Source: Chamaesiphon sp. GL140_3_metabinner_50 (GTDB lineage Bacteria > Cyanobacteriota > Cyanobacteriia > Cyanobacteriales > Chamaesiphonaceae). From it: a stretch of 48,708 nt of DNA. Of this stretch, positions 29,439 to 38,403 are shown piece after piece. Each line of letters begins with the position of its first letter. Positions within the stretch are counted from its first letter, which is position 1. Location: NCBI RefSeq assembly GCF_025361915.1, contig NZ_JANYJC010000263.1, forward strand, positions 1-48,708, in the 5' to 3' direction. The position numbers and the translations under genes are program-made. The notes beneath the pieces are model-generated. The model did not search any database and was not told where the DNA came from. It saw nothing but the letters and a program-made list of their open reading frames with translations.

Positions 29439-31169
29439 TTAGAAACTAAACCCTAAACCACCGCTGACAGTAAAGCGCGAACCACCAGTTTCGGGATTCA
29501 CTAGATCTACCAGTGCAGGAGTGATTTGGAAGGATGTACCGCCACCAAAAGGAATGGAAATAGGTAAACCAACGCCCAGATCTTGACCGTTCCAGTCAGC
29601 AACTAGCGAAACATTAGAGAATAACTTCGTACCGATACTGCCAAAGACGTTGATTGTATCGTTACCCCGACGAATATCGCCGACATTCCGGAACCGACCA
29701 GCACCAGCACCTACAGAGAGGGTAGTGTTGCTGAAGAAGCCTTGATTTGGATCGGGGTTAAGGATGAGGCTAGCGACACCGTAGCCAGTCCGACCGCCAT
29801 TGACACCACCATCGCGATTGCCAAAACCGCCGGAATTACTACCGAAGGTAATCGCATTTTCATAGCCACCTGCGATCGCAAAGTTATCACCTAGCAATTT
29901 ATGAACTTTAAAGCTGATCCCACCGTTTTCAAAAGAATTACCACCTTGGCGATTGTAGGTAGTAGCGACAGTTTCTAAGCCCAAGAAGTTGCGAGCATCG
30001 CCTAAACCAAGACCGACGGAATAGGCGTAGGTTTCTTGGCCTTTGACCTTATCTGCTGCTGTAGCATTGGCAGCGTTAGGCAGATTGGGATTGCTGTAAA
30101 TATTCGGGCGAGTTTGGTTTTGGTAACCCGCACCGAGGAAGAAGCCAGTATTAGCACCAAAAGCTGTTGGAGTGCCCAAACCGCCTACAGGGAAAGTACT
30201 TACGCCACCACGGCTAGCGATGTCGGGGACTTGACCGGGAATGCCTAATTTGGCGATTGCCTCGTCAGCAGTTATGGCTGTACGTGGTGCGGGATTATCG
30301 ACACCAGTAATAGTGGTGACATATACACCTTGAGGACAAGATGCGATGTATTTGTTAGCAGGGCTAGATTTGTCTAGTGCAGTCAACCTGCCAGCACCGA
30401 CCAATACTTGGTGAATGTATGCAGCAACATCGGCACGAGTCGCAATGGTGTTGGGGCCGAAGTTACCACCAGGAAGCTTGGAGCTATCGTATTCGACACT
30501 AACCGCGATACATTTTTGAGTGGCGGCTACCAGTGCGTTGTTACCGTAGCTAGGAACTTGAGCGGCATCACCAAAGACGCTGTTAAGGTCTAATGTGCCA
30601 CTAGGTTCGAGTTTGCTACCATTGACTAACGAAACTAAACCTTGAATCCGTAAGAGGTTTTGCTTGGGGCCGAAGCTGCCTGGATATCCAGCCAAAAATC
30701 CACTCCGATAAGCTTTTTGGATGACCTCAGCCGCCCAATAATTTGAAGGGACATCTTTAAATTTGCGCCCAGCCCGAATTGGTTTGAGATCGAAGGCTTT
30801 GTTTAGTAAGGCGGCAAATTCAGCCCGCGTGATCGGTTGGTCGGGTCTGAAGGTACCATCTGGATAGCCCTTGATGATATCTTTTTCGACTAAAACTTTA
30901 ATGAAAGGTTCTGCCCAGTTGCCAGCGACATCGCTAGCTTGTGCTACTTTGTTCGTGGCTGGAATTGCGGCGGGCGCGGTTGTAGTTGGTTTAATGGTGT
31001 TGGCTAACGGCGCAGTGGCAGCAACTTTATTTAACGAACTATTATTTGGTGCGGCTGTTGCTGGCGAGATGGCGACCAGTACACCTGTAACGATCGAACC
31101 TAGCAATAATGATGCAATTCGACCGATCTGTGCGCGTTCGATCTGTGATTTCTGATTTTTTTGGTTCAT
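29439..31169 (-). CDS. SLH-domain outer-membrane beta-barrel protein, copy A
   Basis: Signal peptide; SLH repeats (IKGYPDGTFRPDQPITRAEFA); barrel ending GLGFSF with terminal Phe; ATG at 31169. Confidence 0.85.
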   Translation of the reverse strand: MNQKNQKSQIERAQIGRIASLLLGSIVTGVLVAISPATAAPNNSSLNKVAATAPLANTIKPTTTAPAAIPATNKVAQASDVAGNWAEPFIKVLVEKDIIKGYPDGTFRPDQPITRAEFAALLNKAFDLKPIRAGRKFKDVPSNYWAAEVIQKAYRSGFLAGYPGSFGPKQNLLRIQGLVSLVNGSKLEPSGTLDLNSVFGDAAQVPSYGNNALVAATQKCIAVSVEYDSSKLPGGNFGPNTIATRADVAAYIHQVLVGAGRLTALDKSSPANKYIASCPQGVYVTTITGVDNPAPRTAITADEAIAKLGIPGQVPDIASRGGVSTFPVGGLGTPTAFGANTGFFLGAGYQNQTRPNIYSNPNLPNAANATAADKVKGQETYAYSVGLGLGDARNFLGLETVATTYNRQGGNSFENGGISFKVHKLLGDNFAIAGGYENAITFGSNSGGFGNRDGGVNGGRTGYGVASLILNPDPNQGFFSNTTLSVGAGAGRFRNVGDIRRGNDTINVFGSIGTKLFSNVSLVADWNGQDLGVGLPISIPFGGGTSFQITPALVDLVNPETGGSRFTVSGGLGFSF

Positions 31170-31646
31170 GGGTTTCCTTAGTACACTCCTCAACGAAAAA
31201 GTTAACACACTAATATTTTAGTGCAAATTTCCAAATCGAGAGAAGTTGATTATTTATTATAAGTTTACACAACAATCGAGAGTCGGGCAGGCTCGTTTTA
31301 TCCATCGGTTGAATTTACGCATGTGTCGCTCGAATATTTAAACATCCTGACGATCGATCGGTTGTTTTGAGCCTCTGTCTGCCAAGTTCAGAGATTTGGC
31401 TGAGTACATTTGAGGCGAAAAAATATACTTTAGATCTATCGACACAGCTCGTAAAATCTTATTTTTGGCATTTTAAGTTACCAAAAATCCTGAGTTTCGA
31501 TTGCGTCAATCCGCTCGTAATTCAATCTCTTACACCACAAGACAATGCTAATTGCCATCGAATTAGCAAAGGTCAAAAATCAAATTTTAGATTAAATCTA
31601 CCTTTGATTTGAACTTGTTAAAAACCGTCGATTGTGTCATAATATC

Positions 31647-33584
31647 ATGTCCACTAAAAGCCGATCTTTGTTGAGTATTGAAGCTACCGCAGCGACTCTT
31701 GAAAAACTTGTTAACGCGCTTTCCAATCATCAGAAGTATACGATCCTGACGGTAATCGATATCAGTTTGTTCCTGATCTCGATCGGGTTAGCAATCGGCT
31801 TCGAGTATGGGTTCGACCTCGTTCCTGCGGAAATGCTACACTTGGGTGATTTCACGATCGCCCAGATCGGGATCGAGATTGGATTATTTTGGTATTTTGG
31901 GATTTATCAGCAGGTATTACGATACATTGACGGTGGATTTATCTTCTCGATCGCTAAGGCGGTATGTGCCAGTACTGTCGCGACGATCGCGCTTTCGGGC
32001 TTGTTTGTAAACCCAGTAATTCCGATTGCGATCCCGCTAATGAATGGAATGCTGGCACTAATATTATCGATCGCATTTAGATTGTGCGTACGATTGACAT
32101 TGGGGAGAATGCGCCAGATTAATTATCCTTGTCAGGATATCAGTGGGGTCGCGATCTATGGGGCTGGGAGTGCTGGCTGTATCCTCGCGCAAGCTCTAGC
32201 TGGCGAACATGGCAAACGGGTAATTGGGTTTGTCGATGATAATCCCTATCTCCAAGGTCGCAACGTGCAAGGGATGAGGGTCTATTCGCCAGCCGAATTG
32301 CTGAAGTTAAAAGCCAATGTCGGATTTGAAGAAATCTTGCTGGCAATGCCCTCGATCGAAGGACACCGCAAACGCGATATTTTACAAAAGCTGCAAGTAT
32401 TGGGCGTATCTGTCAAAACAGTCCCCAGCATTACCGAAATTTTAAGCGGTCACGTCTCTGTTAATAAAGTCCGCGAACTCGATATTGAAGATTTATTAGG
32501 GCGTAAACCGATCGCCGCTCGACCCGAATTACTCCAGCACGATCTGACCGATCGGGTAGTATTAGTTACTGGGGGCGGTGGTTCGATCGGTTCGGAACTG
32601 TGTCGGCAAATTGCCAAGCAGCAGCCCAAAATGCTGATAATTTACGAGCTACATGAATTTGCGCTCTATCAGATGGATCTAGAGCTAGGCGAAAATTATC
32701 CCCATCTGCATAAAGTTGCTTGTCTGGGTTCGGTCACTGACGATCGCACCTTAACCCAAGTTCTAGAAAAATACAGTGTAGACACGATCTATCATGCCGC
32801 TGCTTACAAGCACGTCCCGATCGTCGAAGCAAATCCAGTTTCGGGCATTATTAACAATATCAATGGTACCCTGACCGCTGCCAAATGTGCGATCGCTTGC
32901 GGCGTGCCCAAATTTGTGCTGATCTCGACCGATAAAGCCGTGCGCCCGACTAATATTATGGGTGCTACCAAACGTGTAGCCGAATTGGTACTCCAAGGAT
33001 TAGCCGATCTGCCCAACCACGGTACCTGCTTTACGATGGTAAGATTTGGTAACGTTTTGGGTAGCAGCGGTTCTGTCGTCCCCCGCTTCCGCGCTCAGAT
33101 TGCGGCGGGTAAATCGATCACGTTGACTCATACAGACATTACGCGCTATTTTATGACCATCCCCGAAGCTGCGACGCTGGTAATTCAAGCTGGTGCGATG
33201 GCTAAAGGTGGTGAAGTATTTGTACTGGATATGGGCGAACCAGTCAAAATTTACGATTTAGCCGCCCAGATGATTCGCTTACACGGCTTAGAACCACTCA
33301 AAGATGTCAAAATCGAGGTGACTGGTTTGCGTCCCGGCGAGAAAATCTACGAAGAGCTACTAATCGACTGTAATGCGGCTGTTCCCACCGGACACCCCAA
33401 GATTTTCTGCGCCCGTGAGGCTAAACTAGCCTGGAAAGACCTTTCACCCCAGCTCACCAATTTACTCGACTCAGCGGCTGAATGCGATGTCACTGAGTGT
33501 GTAGCTGCACTGCACAAGTTAGTGCCCGAATACCAACCGATGGGACAATACGCCCAAGTTGAATACGAACCGATCGCGGTGTGA
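31647..33584 (+). CDS. Membrane-bound NDP-sugar 4,6-dehydratase (CapD/PglF/WbpM family)
   Basis: N-terminal TMs, IYGAGSAG, VTGGGGSIGSELCRQ, HAAAYKHVP, STDKAVRPTNIMGATKR, RFGNVLGSSGSVVP, GLRPGEK. Confidence 0.95.
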   Translation: MSTKSRSLLSIEATAATLEKLVNALSNHQKYTILTVIDISLFLISIGLAIGFEYGFDLVPAEMLHLGDFTIAQIGIEIGLFWYFGIYQQVLRYIDGGFIFSIAKAVCASTVATIALSGLFVNPVIPIAIPLMNGMLALILSIAFRLCVRLTLGRMRQINYPCQDISGVAIYGAGSAGCILAQALAGEHGKRVIGFVDDNPYLQGRNVQGMRVYSPAELLKLKANVGFEEILLAMPSIEGHRKRDILQKLQVLGVSVKTVPSITEILSGHVSVNKVRELDIEDLLGRKPIAARPELLQHDLTDRVVLVTGGGGSIGSELCRQIAKQQPKMLIIYELHEFALYQMDLELGENYPHLHKVACLGSVTDDRTLTQVLEKYSVDTIYHAAAYKHVPIVEANPVSGIINNINGTLTAAKCAIACGVPKFVLISTDKAVRPTNIMGATKRVAELVLQGLADLPNHGTCFTMVRFGNVLGSSGSVVPRFRAQIAAGKSITLTHTDITRYFMTIPEAATLVIQAGAMAKGGEVFVLDMGEPVKIYDLAAQMIRLHGLEPLKDVKIEVTGLRPGEKIYEELLIDCNAAVPTGHPKIFCAREAKLAWKDLSPQLTNLLDSAAECDVTECVAALHKLVPEYQPMGQYAQVEYEPIAV

Positions 33585-33726
33585 GGGGATAGGGGGTAGG
33601 GAATAGGGAATAGGGTTTACTGCGATCGCAGTTGCCTGATTTATCGCCTGTCAGCACGATTCTCGTTCCGAGCATCTGAGCCGACATAAATGTCGTCTAA
33701 GGGATGAACGGAACTTTGGGTGAGCT

Positions 33727-33757
33727 TGTTGAGTTTCATTCTTCAACCCAACCTACA
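33727..33757. repeat. REP-like repeat (TGTTGAGTTTCATTCTTCAACCCAACCTACA)
   Basis: Imperfect palindrome ending CCTACA in an intergenic region flanked by STRR blocks. Confidence 0.45.
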
Positions 33758-33900
33758 GATCTAAGACTATCCACTATCCACTATCCACTCTTCACTAAAA
33801 CACTACTAATTATGTTGTAATGCAAGATCCGAAATTACCAATCCCCGCCATAATGTCCGTCGTGGTAGTGTAAATAAGTAGCACCCTTACACCACCCTCT

Positions 33901-35499
33901 ATGGCAATCGCGATCGACTTTGGGACTAGCAATACCGTCATCAGCCGTTGGAATGCAGCGACACAAACCGCCGAAACGGTGACATTACCAGGGTTATCCC
34001 TCGTTGGCGGCATGAATCCAGCGTTGATTCCCAGCTTGGTATATGTCGAGGATGGAAGTACCGATCGAGTCTTGCTAGGTCAAATGGTACGCGATCGGGG
34101 GTTAGATCTCCAGAGCGACAATCGTTATTTTCGAGGGTTTAAGCGCGGCATTGGTGCAGAGATTCAGGGCTTTTTGCCAGAATTAGATGGCGTATCGATG
34201 ACTTTCGAGCGGGTGGGCGAGCTATTTTTAACTGGAATACTCAAACAGTTGCAGCAGTCGATCCCCGATGTTGGCGAGTCGCTAGTATTAACGGTACCCG
34301 TCGATAGTTTTGAGGTGTATCGCAACTGGTTGAGCGGGGTGTGTGAAACCCTTCCAGTCGAACGAATTCGCCTGTTAGACGAGCCAACGGCGGCAGCCTT
34401 GGGATATGGCATGACTGAGGCTGAAACGCTGTTAGTCCTCGATTTTGGCGGGGGCACGCTAGATTTATCGCTGGTGCAATTAACTAAGCAAGTTCAGCAG
34501 GGTAAAAAGCCGCTGGGTTTCTTATTAAAGTGGGGCGATAAATCGATCGAAGCGGCTACCCAACAGCCGCAGTTAGCAAGAGTAATTGCTAAGGCGGGGC
34601 AAAATTTGGGCGGAACGGATATCGATAATTGGGTGGCGCAGGAGTTAGCGCAAGCGCAGGGGATAACCGCAACGCCATTAATTACCAGGCTGGCGGAGAA
34701 GATCAAAATTCAGCTATCTTTGCAAACTCAAGCAACGGAAGTCTACTTTGACGATCGCACTTTCGATAGTTATGAGTTTAATCTGACTCGCGATGGGTTC
34801 GAGCAAATTTTACGATCTCATCAATTTTTCGACAGATTAGATGAATCGATGGTGCAAGTAATCCAACAAGCCAGACGACAAGGCATCGAAACTACCGATA
34901 TCGATGGTGTGCTATTAGTTGGCGGTACGGTACAAATTCCCGCCGTCCAAACTTGGGTGCGTCAGTATTTCGATGAGAGTAAGCTGCGCCAATCGAAACC
35001 ATTTGAAGCGATCGCCCACGGTGCTTTACAATTACTCCAAGGCATAGAGGTTCAAGATTTTCTCTATCATAGTTATGGCGTGCGCTATTGGGATAAACGC
35101 CGCAACGCTCACAATTGGCATCCAATTATTCAGTCTGGGCAAGCTTATCCAATGTCGGCACCTGTCGAATTAACTCTGGGTGCATCGCGCGAAAATCAAC
35201 CTAGTATCGAATTAATTATCGGCGAATTAGGTGCCACAACTGGCGGGACGGAAGTTTATTTCGATGGAGATCGCTTAATTACGCGCTGCTTAACTGGTGG
35301 GGTGAAAGATGTCAAAACTTTAAACGATCGCGATGGCGGTCGGAGTATTGCTAAACTAGAGCCAGCCGGATATCCTGGTGTCGATCGAGTAAAAGTAATG
35401 TTTAATGTCGATCGCGATCGACAGTTACGCATTACCGTTGAAGATCTGCTCACCAATAGCACTTTATTAGCAGATGGCATCGTCGCTCAATTAAGTTGA
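33901..35499 (+). CDS. Hsp70/DnaK-like family protein
   Basis: IAIDFGTSNT, DEPTAAALGY, VLDFGGGTLDLS, LGGTDID, LLVGG; lacks the full DnaK lid. Confidence 0.9.
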   Translation: MAIAIDFGTSNTVISRWNAATQTAETVTLPGLSLVGGMNPALIPSLVYVEDGSTDRVLLGQMVRDRGLDLQSDNRYFRGFKRGIGAEIQGFLPELDGVSMTFERVGELFLTGILKQLQQSIPDVGESLVLTVPVDSFEVYRNWLSGVCETLPVERIRLLDEPTAAALGYGMTEAETLLVLDFGGGTLDLSLVQLTKQVQQGKKPLGFLLKWGDKSIEAATQQPQLARVIAKAGQNLGGTDIDNWVAQELAQAQGITATPLITRLAEKIKIQLSLQTQATEVYFDDRTFDSYEFNLTRDGFEQILRSHQFFDRLDESMVQVIQQARRQGIETTDIDGVLLVGGTVQIPAVQTWVRQYFDESKLRQSKPFEAIAHGALQLLQGIEVQDFLYHSYGVRYWDKRRNAHNWHPIIQSGQAYPMSAPVELTLGASRENQPSIELIIGELGATTGGTEVYFDGDRLITRCLTGGVKDVKTLNDRDGGRSIAKLEPAGYPGVDRVKVMFNVDRDRQLRITVEDLLTNSTLLADGIVAQLS

Positions 35500-35507
35500 G
35501 GGGTATT

Positions 35508-35993
35508 TTAGAGCGGCGATGCAGCAATAACTATTTCGGCACAAGCCCGCGCATCGGAGAGAGCTTGATGGTGATTGAGAGTGATGTTTAGATAGCGGCA
35601 GACATCGGGAAGCTTGGTAGGATGGAGGTTCCAACGTTGGCGCGCCAAGGCTACCGTGCAAATAAACTTTTGTTTGGGATGGGGAATTTGGTATAAATCG
35701 CAGCAGGCATAAAGTACCCGCCGATCGAAACTAGCATTGTGAGCGACTAGCGCATCCGCCGTTTCGATTCTGGTAGCAATTTTCGTCCAGACTTGTCCAA
35801 AGGTGGGAGCTTGAGCCACATCAGCCCATAAAATGCCATGAATGTGGCTGAATTCAAAGCGATATGAGGGGGGACGAATTAGGAAAATTTCTTCGTGGGT
35901 AATGATTTCATTCTCGATTTGGACGATACCTAAAGCGCAAGCACTATTAGGATCTCGATTGGCAGTTTCAAAATCGATCGCGATTAATTTCAT
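35508..35993 (-). CDS. DEDDh 3'-5' exonuclease (Pol III epsilon-like)
   Basis: IAIDFETAN, VAHNASFD, HHQALSDA; ATG at 35993. Confidence 0.9.
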   Translation of the reverse strand: MKLIAIDFETANRDPNSACALGIVQIENEIITHEEIFLIRPPSYRFEFSHIHGILWADVAQAPTFGQVWTKIATRIETADALVAHNASFDRRVLYACCDLYQIPHPKQKFICTVALARQRWNLHPTKLPDVCRYLNITLNHHQALSDARACAEIVIAASPL

Positions 35994-36062
35994 CGGGTTT
36001 TGGCGATTGAGGTGAATAGTGAATAGTGGATAGTAGGCTCGATCGGTAATAATTTCGCTACA

Positions 36063-36167
36063 TATAGCAACCGCCAAGGCGATTAGGACAGTGAGATAGT
36101 GCTAGCTACAAACCCGACTTTTCCAAAAAGTCGGGTTTGTGTCCTAACCGATATGGCGGTGGATATA
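36063..36167. mobile_element. MITE-like element with imperfect 28-bp terminal inverted repeats and TA ends
   Basis: TATAGCAACCGCCAAGGCGATTAGGACA ... TGTCCTAACCGATATGGCGGTGGATATA; internal hairpin 36108-36140. Confidence 0.65.
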
Positions 36168-36174
36168 AAACAAA

Positions 36175-36209
36175 TAGTGCTGGATCGAATTTTATTCGAT
36201 CCAGCACTA
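36175..36209 (-). terminator. Perfect 16-bp hairpin downstream of the 72-aa gene
   Basis: TAGTGCTGGATCGAAT-ttt-ATTCGATCCAGCACTA. Confidence 0.55.
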
Positions 36210-36274
36210 AGTATACAATATTCAACTTCTTGTAGAAGTCGAATACTTGTTAGTTATTCAACCAAAGATTAGTT

Positions 36275-36493
36275 TTATAAGATCTCAAACGAATTAACAT
36301 TTAAAACCTTACCAATCATCGCTAGAGTCATGACATCATCGTTTAATGTCCCTTGCACCTTGACATGCAATCCTACCTCGCGTAAATCGCGAGGGCAATC
36401 TAGTAACTCGTAAGTAGTACCATCCTCGGCTACCAATGCCCAAGCACCAGTACCAAAACCTTTATGCTCAATTCCACCAATCACCGTAATCAT
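36275..36493 (-). CDS. Small beta-rich (OB-fold-like) hypothetical protein
   Basis: 72 aa; ATGA overlap with the protease stop; GAWALVAEDGTTYEL...GLHVKVQG. Confidence 0.75.
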   Translation of the reverse strand: MITVIGGIEHKGFGTGAWALVAEDGTTYELLDCPRDLREVGLHVKVQGTLNDDVMTLAMIGKVLNVNSFEIL

Positions 36494-38253
36494 ACTGTTT
36501 GAGAATCTCCTCTCGCCGCGAATCTAGCTAAACCAAAACATAACAATCCATTGACTATCAAGAAACCGCGTGCCATCCCGCCGTCGCCTAACCACCAAAC
36601 GCTTGGAGAGATTGCTGCACTAACAAATAGACAAGCTGCTACACCCAAACTAGTACCGACTGCAAACCATTTTCCTTGAGGAAGCGACCAGCAAGCCACT
36701 AGTAATACTACCGGAATTAGGACACTAGCGAATAGTGGGTTGAGAATACTATTACCTGAAATTGCGTTACCAAGTTCGGGAATCGAACTACCTAAAACGC
36801 GAAATGGTGCTTGAGGTAAGTCGAATATATAGAAACCTTTGAGGAAAAACAACCCACTGCTACCCGCAATCAAACCACTAAATAGTGGTAAGCCAAAGGG
36901 AAGATAGTTGCGAATCAAGAAGGCTAATAAATAAGATCCGAGTACCATTGCGACTTTTGGCAATAGCGCGATCGCACCACCATCGATCCAGAATTTGAGG
37001 TTGAGATAACCATTATCGCGCAACCACCGGAAGAAATCATTAAAGGTAATTTTACCTTTTTGGGCGAGTTTGACTGCCGCAGCAGCATCTAAATGTCCCG
37101 CACCATAATAGTTTTGCGGATCGGTATCAATTTTGCGAACCGATTGCTGCAATACGGCTAAGACTTCATCGGGAGCTGTTACGCCTGTAGACTTAATCAG
37201 CGCGACGACACCTGCAACGTGCGGAGCAGCCATACTCGTACCTTGGAAGCCAGCAATTACTGGCAGATTGGTACTAGGATCGATCGTTTCTTGCCAGATT
37301 TTACTACCATTACCGCCACCAGGAGCGGAGATATCTACACCTGCGCCATAGTTAGAAAATTCGGCTTTCTCGCCTTGAGCGTCGATGGCGGCAACGCTAA
37401 TCACACGAGCATAGCGCGCGGGATACGATGCCGAATCTCGGTTTTCATTACCCGCTGCGGCGACGATGACGACACCTTTCTTGTAGGCATACTCGATCGC
37501 ATCTTTCATAACTTGGCTTTCGCCGCCACCGCCGAGACTCATATTAATGACATCGGCTTTGTTATCGGCGGCAAATCTAATTGCTTCAGCAATATCGCTA
37601 ACTGTCCCGCCACCGCTACCTGATAAGACCTTGAGGGGCATGATTTTAGCTTCGTAAGCTACTCCCGCCACACCGTAGTTATTGTTGGTAGATTGGGCGA
37701 CAGTGCCCGCTACGTGGGTGCCGTGTCCGTTGTCATCGTCGGCGTTAACTTTGTTGTTGACAAAATCGTAACCCGCTACAAATTCGGTTTGGGCTAAGTC
37801 GGGAACTTGGCTGACACCAGTATCGATAATGGCGACAGTAATGCCTTTACCGCGATTTTCTTCCCATGCTTGTTCGGCGTGAATGTTGTGTAAGTGCCAC
37901 TGCTTGCTATATTGCGGGTCGTTGGGCGCAACTGTGGCACGATAGATATAGTTAGGCTCGATCGCTTCTACATCTTGACTGAGGCTCGATGCCCGCAATT
38001 TGTCGAGTAATGCGCGATCGCCTTTGACGGTATATGTCTGTTCGGATTGAGAAAATTGACTATTCAGGCGCGGTGCCAGGTGATATTCCCCTGTCAACAC
38101 CTGCAATTGTCGATCGATTTCGGTGGATGCAATATTCTCTTTAAAGTCAATAACTAGGGAGTCAAATTCTCCAGTGGTTGCCAATCCTTGGAAGTTGGAG
38201 ATGGCGAACCCGATGCCCAGACAGAATAGGCACAAGATTAACAGTTTCCGCAT
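36490..38253 (-). CDS. S8 subtilisin-like serine peptidase with C-terminal membrane domain
   Basis: VAIIDTG, HGTHVAG, AAGN, GTSMAAPHVAG; hydrophobic C-terminal helices. Confidence 0.95.
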   Translation of the reverse strand: MRKLLILCLFCLGIGFAISNFQGLATTGEFDSLVIDFKENIASTEIDRQLQVLTGEYHLAPRLNSQFSQSEQTYTVKGDRALLDKLRASSLSQDVEAIEPNYIYRATVAPNDPQYSKQWHLHNIHAEQAWEENRGKGITVAIIDTGVSQVPDLAQTEFVAGYDFVNNKVNADDDNGHGTHVAGTVAQSTNNNYGVAGVAYEAKIMPLKVLSGSGGGTVSDIAEAIRFAADNKADVINMSLGGGGESQVMKDAIEYAYKKGVVIVAAAGNENRDSASYPARYARVISVAAIDAQGEKAEFSNYGAGVDISAPGGGNGSKIWQETIDPSTNLPVIAGFQGTSMAAPHVAGVVALIKSTGVTAPDEVLAVLQQSVRKIDTDPQNYYGAGHLDAAAAVKLAQKGKITFNDFFRWLRDNGYLNLKFWIDGGAIALLPKVAMVLGSYLLAFLIRNYLPFGLPLFSGLIAGSSGLFFLKGFYIFDLPQAPFRVLGSSIPELGNAISGNSILNPLFASVLIPVVLLVACWSLPQGKWFAVGTSLGVAACLFVSAAISPSVWWLGDGGMARGFLIVNGLLCFGLARFAARGDSQTV

Positions 38254-38403
38254 ATACGGCGATCGCTTTTACACTTAATTAGTATCCCTAGCATAACTGA
38301 ACATTTTCAATTGTGCCGTAATTTAGGGGATAGGGGATAGGGAATAGGGAATAGGCTTTAGAAGTAATTACACTTCTTACTCCTTACTTCTTACTCCCAT
38401 CTC

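Noticed and set aside
33901-35993. Hsp70-like gene plus exonuclease as a defence system
   Set aside because: The genes are convergent, both are common stand-alone cyanobacterial genes, and there is no defence-island context.
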